Positions 58,922-64,000 of a stretch of DNA of 64,000 bases are shown here, in pieces. Position 1 is the first letter of the stretch. Each line of letters opens with the position of its first letter. The notes beneath the pieces were generated by a model. That model made no database searches. It was given only the letters and a program-made list of their open reading frames with translations, and was not told the DNA's origin. Source of the stretch: a virus; the IMG/VR virus record IMGVR_UViG_3300031746_000002, positions 1 through 64,000 of that record. The stretch is one strand, 5' to 3'. A program made the translations under genes and the position numbers.

Positions 58922-59971
58922 ATGATAAAATTGATGGTAGGAAACAACTGGGATTTAAATTTGTTAGACAATCTTGCTGAGCTTAATGATAAATATCAAG
59001 CAGAAAATATTCAAATCGTTGAAGTGTATGGTTCAGTAATAGATAATCCAATAGGAACAGCTAGACCAACTTTTAGATTACAAGATAAATCACGTAAAGA
59101 AGTAGAAGAATTTACTAAAGTTGCTAATGCATGTTATATTGAATTGAATTATACTTTAAATATTCCATGCTTCGGAAATCTTGATGATTTATATATTAAG
59201 TACAATTCAATTTCTAGCTTTTTAAAATGGTTAGAAAACATTGGAATAAAAAGAGTAACAGTAACACATCCATTATTAATGGATATAATAACTAAAGAAA
59301 CAAAACTTGAAATTGAGCTATCAACAATTTTTCATATTACTTCAGTTCGGCAACTTGCTTTATTAATGAAACAATATCGTATTAGAAAAGTTTGTATGAA
59401 TTTAATGAAGAATAGGGATTTTGATTTCTTATCAGCATTCCAATTTAAAGATGTAGATATTGAATTAATGGTAAATGAAATGTGTAATTATGAATGTGTA
59501 TACCGTGCATCATGTTATAATTTACATGCTCATACAGTAAGAAGTAATAGAGATAGGTTCAGTGATTATCCAATGGGATATTGTACAGGTTTAAGAGATG
59601 GGGATTTAGTTGAATGGTTAAAGGCAAGATTTATACTACCACAATGGTTGGAATATTATTCTGCAAATTTTAATATTAACCATTTTAAAGTTACTGGCAG
59701 AACAGGTACAACAAAATATATTACATGGGTTGCAGAACAGTACATGAAAAAACAATACGATGATAATTTAATTGCTCTATGGTTTCAATTAGAAAACATA
59801 GGTCAAGCAGAGAATAAACATATTGTTGCAAAAAATCAAATCCCAGCAGGTGAAATTAAATTAGATTTCCTTGAACATTTCAAACATGCAAAATGTGATA
59901 TTGAATGCAACAATACATGTGCTTTCTGTAGTATATACTTGCAAAAGATACAGGAAAATAATGGCAAATAA
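58922..59971 (+). CDS. Peptidase U32 family Fe-S protein (putative O2-independent hydroxylase)
   Basis: NYTLN, IELSTI, IELMVNEMC...C...C...C cluster and FKVTGR (cf. LKIEGR); SD GGAGG before ATG 58922. Confidence 0.8.
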   Translation: MIKLMVGNNWDLNLLDNLAELNDKYQAENIQIVEVYGSVIDNPIGTARPTFRLQDKSRKEVEEFTKVANACYIELNYTLNIPCFGNLDDLYIKYNSISSFLKWLENIGIKRVTVTHPLLMDIITKETKLEIELSTIFHITSVRQLALLMKQYRIRKVCMNLMKNRDFDFLSAFQFKDVDIELMVNEMCNYECVYRASCYNLHAHTVRSNRDRFSDYPMGYCTGLRDGDLVEWLKARFILPQWLEYYSANFNINHFKVTGRTGTTKYITWVAEQYMKKQYDDNLIALWFQLENIGQAENKHIVAKNQIPAGEIKLDFLEHFKHAKCDIECNNTCAFCSIYLQKIQENNGK

Positions 59972-62900
59972 ACAGCAACCGTTCGTTCATCTTCATACAC
60001 ATTCCACATATTCTACGCAGGACGCTATTGGGTATCCTTCTGAAATTTTAAAACATGCAGAAGATATAGGGTTTAGGTCTATAGCAATAACAGACCACGG
60101 TAATATGAATATGGTTGCTAATCTTTATTTGGCTTCTAAAGATTTAAAGATCAAACCAATTTATGGTTGTGAATTTTATATGGTACCAAACTTAGAAAAA
60201 TGGAAAGCTAGAAAACTAGAAATTGAAGAACAAGTAAAGTTAATGAAAAAAAATTCTGAGGAAAAAGTAACACGTAAAGATTTCAAAGAGCTTCAAAGCG
60301 AATTACGTAAACGATTTCATATTATACTACTTGCAAAAAATATGGAAGGAATTAAAAATTTATATGAATTATGTTATCAATCAAATTTTGGTGATAACTT
60401 TTATTATAGACCACGAATCGATGTAAACTTAATAGAAAAACATTATAAAGGATTAATATGTACATCAACATGTTTAGCAGGTTATCTTAACAACCGTTTA
60501 GAAAAAGTTAAAGTGCTTGAAAGATTTAAAGACATGTTTGGTGAAGATTTATATTTTGAAATAATGATGAATGAAATGCCAGAACAAAAAGTATTAGACA
60601 CTGAAATACTTGAAGCATCAGACAGCCATGAAATACCTATAATTTATACGGGTGATGTCCATTATATATTAAAGGAAGATGCGATAGCTAGAGACGCCTT
60701 GCGTATGTTAAGATTGAAACAAGTAGTGTCTTCTAAGCAGAAAGATGATAGTGTAAATTGTGAGCAGATGTATTTACGAACTTATGATGAAGTAATGGAA
60801 GCATACAGTGATTTTAAATATAATAAAATATTCAGCAAAGATATGCTTAAATTATTTATGAAGAACACATTAGAAATCGATGAAAAAATAGAACGACTAG
60901 ATTTTTCATATAAAACAGAACATACTATCAGATGGAAAAATGATTATGATAGATTAAAGGAATTATGTTATAATGCTTTAGACAAACGTATACCAAAAGA
61001 TAAACAGAAAGAATATGGAGCACAACTTAAAAAAGAGCTTGAAGTAATTCATGAAAAAAATATCAGCAGTTATTTTCTATTAATGAAAGTAATTGTTAAT
61101 TATGCCAAGGAAGAAATGATAGTTGGTTGTGGCAGAGGTTCAGCAGCAGGTTGTTTAGTAAGTTATCTTTTAAATATCACTGAGATTGACCCATTAAAAT
61201 TTGGATTATATTTTGAACGATTTATAAACATTGAAAGAAAAGAACTTCCAGATATCGATTTGGATTTTCAATATCCAGAAAAAGTAAAAAGTTATTTAAG
61301 CAACAGATTTGGTTATGACAATGTTGCAAGCATTGCTTCATATGGAACATTTCAAATTAAAGGATTATTAAAAGATCTCATAAGGGTTTATGAAGTACCA
61401 ATGGATATGATGCAGGTGAATAGACTCACAAAGGATATTGATAAAGAATTATCAGTACTGCTTCAAGACACAGAACAAAAAGGTATTGTAGTAACAACAT
61501 ATGATGTAGCTTATAAAACTTCTAAATCACTTAAAGAATTTTTAGATAAGCATGAGAAAATAGCAAAAGTGATGCAGATATTACATGGACAAATAAGACA
61601 TATCACAAGGCATGCTGCTGGTGTAATAGTTTGTAAGGGTTTAAAATCAAAACTTCCATTACAACGAATTAAAGATATTTTATGTACTTCATTTATGGAA
61701 GGCGGATCAAAGCACGAACTTTCTAAAATGGGATTTGTTAAACTAGATATTTTAGGATTGAATGCATTATCAATAGCAGACGACACATTAAAGTTAATAG
61801 GTAAAACATATGAATACGTACATCCTGATCATTTAAATATTGAAGATAAGAAAGTATATAATGATGTATACAACAAAAAAAATTATATAGGTATATTTCA
61901 GTTTGATGCAAAGAGCATGAGAGACGTTGCTAGCAGCGGTAAAATAACAACGTTTGAAGATTTAATAGCTCTGAATGCATTGGATAGACCTGGACCAATC
62001 AGAAGTGGAATGCATTTAGATTTCTTTAAAAATAAACAAGACTCTTCAAAGATAGAATATTTGCATGAAAGATTACGACCAATACTTGAAGGAACATACG
62101 GTATTTTATGTTACCAAGAACAAATGATGCAGATAGCACAACAATTAGCTGACTTTGATCTAGCTGAAACTAATGTACTACGAAAAGCAATTGTAAAAAC
62201 AAGTAAAGAAGATATAGACAAGAATGAAAAACTTAGAGCTGAACTTAAAATAAGATTTTTAAAAGGTTGTGCAGATAACAAAATCAATAAAGATATTGCA
62301 GAAAAGATATGGGAATTGATGGCTAAGTTTGCAGGTTATGCTTTTAATAAGGCTCACAGTGCGTCATATGCTATGGTAGGTTATCAATTAGCTTTTCTTA
62401 AAACATATCATCCAAAAGAATTTTATGCTGCTGTATTAAACAATGACCAGTTTGATAACTATAGTGCTATAATACAAGAGATAAAAAATAATGGTATAGA
62501 GATTGAGTCTGTAGATATAAGATACAGTGAAATTAATTTCTCTCTTAAGGATGGAAAAATATATTGGGCATTTTCAAAAATCAAAGGAGTGGGAGATAAA
62601 GCAGCTGAAGCCATTATAGATGTAAGAAAATCTTACGAATTTAAAGGTATTAAAACATTTTTGAAAAGTCCTATGAACTGGCGAATAGTTAATAAAAGAG
62701 TGGTAGAGTCTTTGATCAGTTGTGGTGCATTTGATTTTCAAACAAATTTTGGAGGTAATGTAAAACAACTATTAGAATTTTATAACATGTGGAACAAGGG
62801 ACAAAAAAATAAATTTAAGAAAAGTGAAAAGAATGATCCAGACTTAGTGAAAAGAAAAATGAATGAAACTATGCAAGAAGTTGAAGAGTTAAAAACTGAA

Positions 62901-63305
62901 GATTATAATATTACTGAGAAATCATTTATAGAATATAATTTATTAGGCACTAATTTAAAATATTCACCTTTTAGTTTGGGTGAAAGACCAGAAATAATAA
63001 AGCAGCTTGTTGATATTGGTATAAATGGTAGTTTTAAAGATGAGAAACAATTTTTCATTGTATCACCAATGTCGATACGAGAACAACGGGATAAAAAGAA
63101 ACGATTGATGGCTTTTGTAACATTTATGGATTTTATGGGTGAAGTTAAAAATGGTATTGTGTTTTCATCAAATTATAAATCTGGAGCATTAGAAATAGGT
63201 AATGTTTATTCTGTCTGTGGAGAGTTAAAAGAAAATAATTTCTTTGTTTCAAAAATAAAAACAGTAGAACATTTAGGAAAAAAAATGTCAGGAGAGGAGG
63301 ATTAG
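59961..63305 (+). CDS. dnaE: DNA polymerase III alpha subunit
   Basis: PHP domain HLHTHSTYS and AITDHG; GRGSAAG; PDIDLD; HAAGV; KLDILGL; YQEQ; YAFNKAHS. Likely start is ATG 59961. Confidence 0.95.
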   Translation: MANKQQPFVHLHTHSTYSTQDAIGYPSEILKHAEDIGFRSIAITDHGNMNMVANLYLASKDLKIKPIYGCEFYMVPNLEKWKARKLEIEEQVKLMKKNSEEKVTRKDFKELQSELRKRFHIILLAKNMEGIKNLYELCYQSNFGDNFYYRPRIDVNLIEKHYKGLICTSTCLAGYLNNRLEKVKVLERFKDMFGEDLYFEIMMNEMPEQKVLDTEILEASDSHEIPIIYTGDVHYILKEDAIARDALRMLRLKQVVSSKQKDDSVNCEQMYLRTYDEVMEAYSDFKYNKIFSKDMLKLFMKNTLEIDEKIERLDFSYKTEHTIRWKNDYDRLKELCYNALDKRIPKDKQKEYGAQLKKELEVIHEKNISSYFLLMKVIVNYAKEEMIVGCGRGSAAGCLVSYLLNITEIDPLKFGLYFERFINIERKELPDIDLDFQYPEKVKSYLSNRFGYDNVASIASYGTFQIKGLLKDLIRVYEVPMDMMQVNRLTKDIDKELSVLLQDTEQKGIVVTTYDVAYKTSKSLKEFLDKHEKIAKVMQILHGQIRHITRHAAGVIVCKGLKSKLPLQRIKDILCTSFMEGGSKHELSKMGFVKLDILGLNALSIADDTLKLIGKTYEYVHPDHLNIEDKKVYNDVYNKKNYIGIFQFDAKSMRDVASSGKITTFEDLIALNALDRPGPIRSGMHLDFFKNKQDSSKIEYLHERLRPILEGTYGILCYQEQMMQIAQQLADFDLAETNVLRKAIVKTSKEDIDKNEKLRAELKIRFLKGCADNKINKDIAEKIWELMAKFAGYAFNKAHSASYAMVGYQLAFLKTYHPKEFYAAVLNNDQFDNYSAIIQEIKNNGIEIESVDIRYSEINFSLKDGKIYWAFSKIKGVGDKAAEAIIDVRKSYEFKGIKTFLKSPMNWRIVNKRVVESLISCGAFDFQTNFGGNVKQLLEFYNMWNKGQKNKFKKSEKNDPDLVKRKMNETMQEVEELKTEDYNITEKSFIEYNLLGTNLKYSPFSLGERPEIIKQLVDIGINGSFKDEKQFFIVSPMSIREQRDKKKRLMAFVTFMDFMGEVKNGIVFSSNYKSGALEIGNVYSVCGELKENNFFVSKIKTVEHLGKKMSGEED

Positions 63306-63306
63306 T

Positions 63307-63582
63307 ATGTTTAAGTATGAACTTGGGCAAAAAGCAAAGGACAAGATTTCAGGATTTGCAGGTATCATAGTGGCAAGGATAGAGTTTCTTAATGGGTGTA
63401 AAAGATATTCATTAGCTCCAGAAAAACTCAAAGATGAAAAACCAATTGATAGTGAATATTTTGATGAAGAACAAATAATTGTAAAAGCATTGAATAAAGC
63501 AAAAAAAGAAAAGGAAAAAGAAGGACCAGGTGGTCCATACAAAAAACCTAATGATGGATTAAAAGTAAAAGTAAAGTTTTAA
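63307..63582 (+). CDS. Hypothetical phage protein (SH3-like)
   Basis: LGQKAKDKISGFAGI...NGC...FDE; SD GGAGG. Confidence 0.6.
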   Translation: MFKYELGQKAKDKISGFAGIIVARIEFLNGCKRYSLAPEKLKDEKPIDSEYFDEEQIIVKALNKAKKEKEKEGPGGPYKKPNDGLKVKVKF

Positions 63583-63591
63583 GGAGGAACA

Positions 63592-63990
63592 ATGGCAGAT
63601 CAGGAAAAAGCTACGGATAATACTATATTGGATAGGCTGCATATAATGTTAAATTATCAGAAACAAATTTATGCTGCTGATAATGTACTTAAGACTAAAA
63701 CTCATAATGATAGAGCACATTGGTTCTGTGGTGGTATCATTATGGAAGCTTCTGAAGTAATGGATAAAACAAAGTTTCGTCATTGGAAAGATGAAGAAGA
63801 AGCACCAATAGCTGAAGTCAAAAAAGAAATAATTGATTTGATACATTATGTTTTAGATTTATGTATTGAATTTGATATGACAGCTGAAGAAATATATGAA
63901 GTCTATGTAGCTAAAGCACAGAAAAATTTAAAGAGGTTTGAAATAGGTAAAAAAGCAGCAGATAAAATTGATGAGCAGACTAATAAATAA
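63592..63990 (+). CDS. All-alpha dimeric dUTPase / MazG-like NTP pyrophosphatase
   Basis: EASEV, HWK, EIID..HY and Y..K..KN..R motifs. Confidence 0.8.
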   Translation: MADQEKATDNTILDRLHIMLNYQKQIYAADNVLKTKTHNDRAHWFCGGIIMEASEVMDKTKFRHWKDEEEAPIAEVKKEIIDLIHYVLDLCIEFDMTAEEIYEVYVAKAQKNLKRFEIGKKAADKIDEQTNK

Positions 63991-64000
63991 TTATAAAAAA

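Noticed and set aside
1904-63846. The many minus-strand ORFs in the track
   Set aside because: Nearly all are antisense shadows of longer, SD-bearing + strand genes, and none shows a recognisable motif.

Overview
AT-rich segment of a large contractile-tailed (myovirus-like) bacteriophage genome, with essentially all real genes on the + strand. 1-33.7 kb is the late module: repeat and beta-helix fibre proteins, three signal-peptide proteins, neck, tail sheath, two tail tubes, a tail chaperone with a -1 frameshift, tape measure, baseplate, His-repeat tail fibre, a free-standing endonuclease, an amidase endolysin and a permuted papain amidase. 34-45.8 kb is the early/accessory region, with three sigma70-type promoters, many small ORFs, a type II hammerhead ribozyme and a prephenate-dehydrogenase-like gene. 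45.8-64 kb carries a phage sigma factor, replication genes (SF2 helicase, loader, DnaB, primase, Cas4-like nuclease, DnaE) and a SAM decarboxylase. It also holds a two-gene operon for a tailed histone-fold protein and a KE-repeat partner. A putative nucleotide hypermodification cluster (dCMP deaminase, NMP kinase, radical SAM, UDG, glycosyltransferase, U32 hydroxylase, dUTPase-like) surrounds two aberrant tRNA-like RNAs. All functional calls come from motif recognition by eye; no searches were run.
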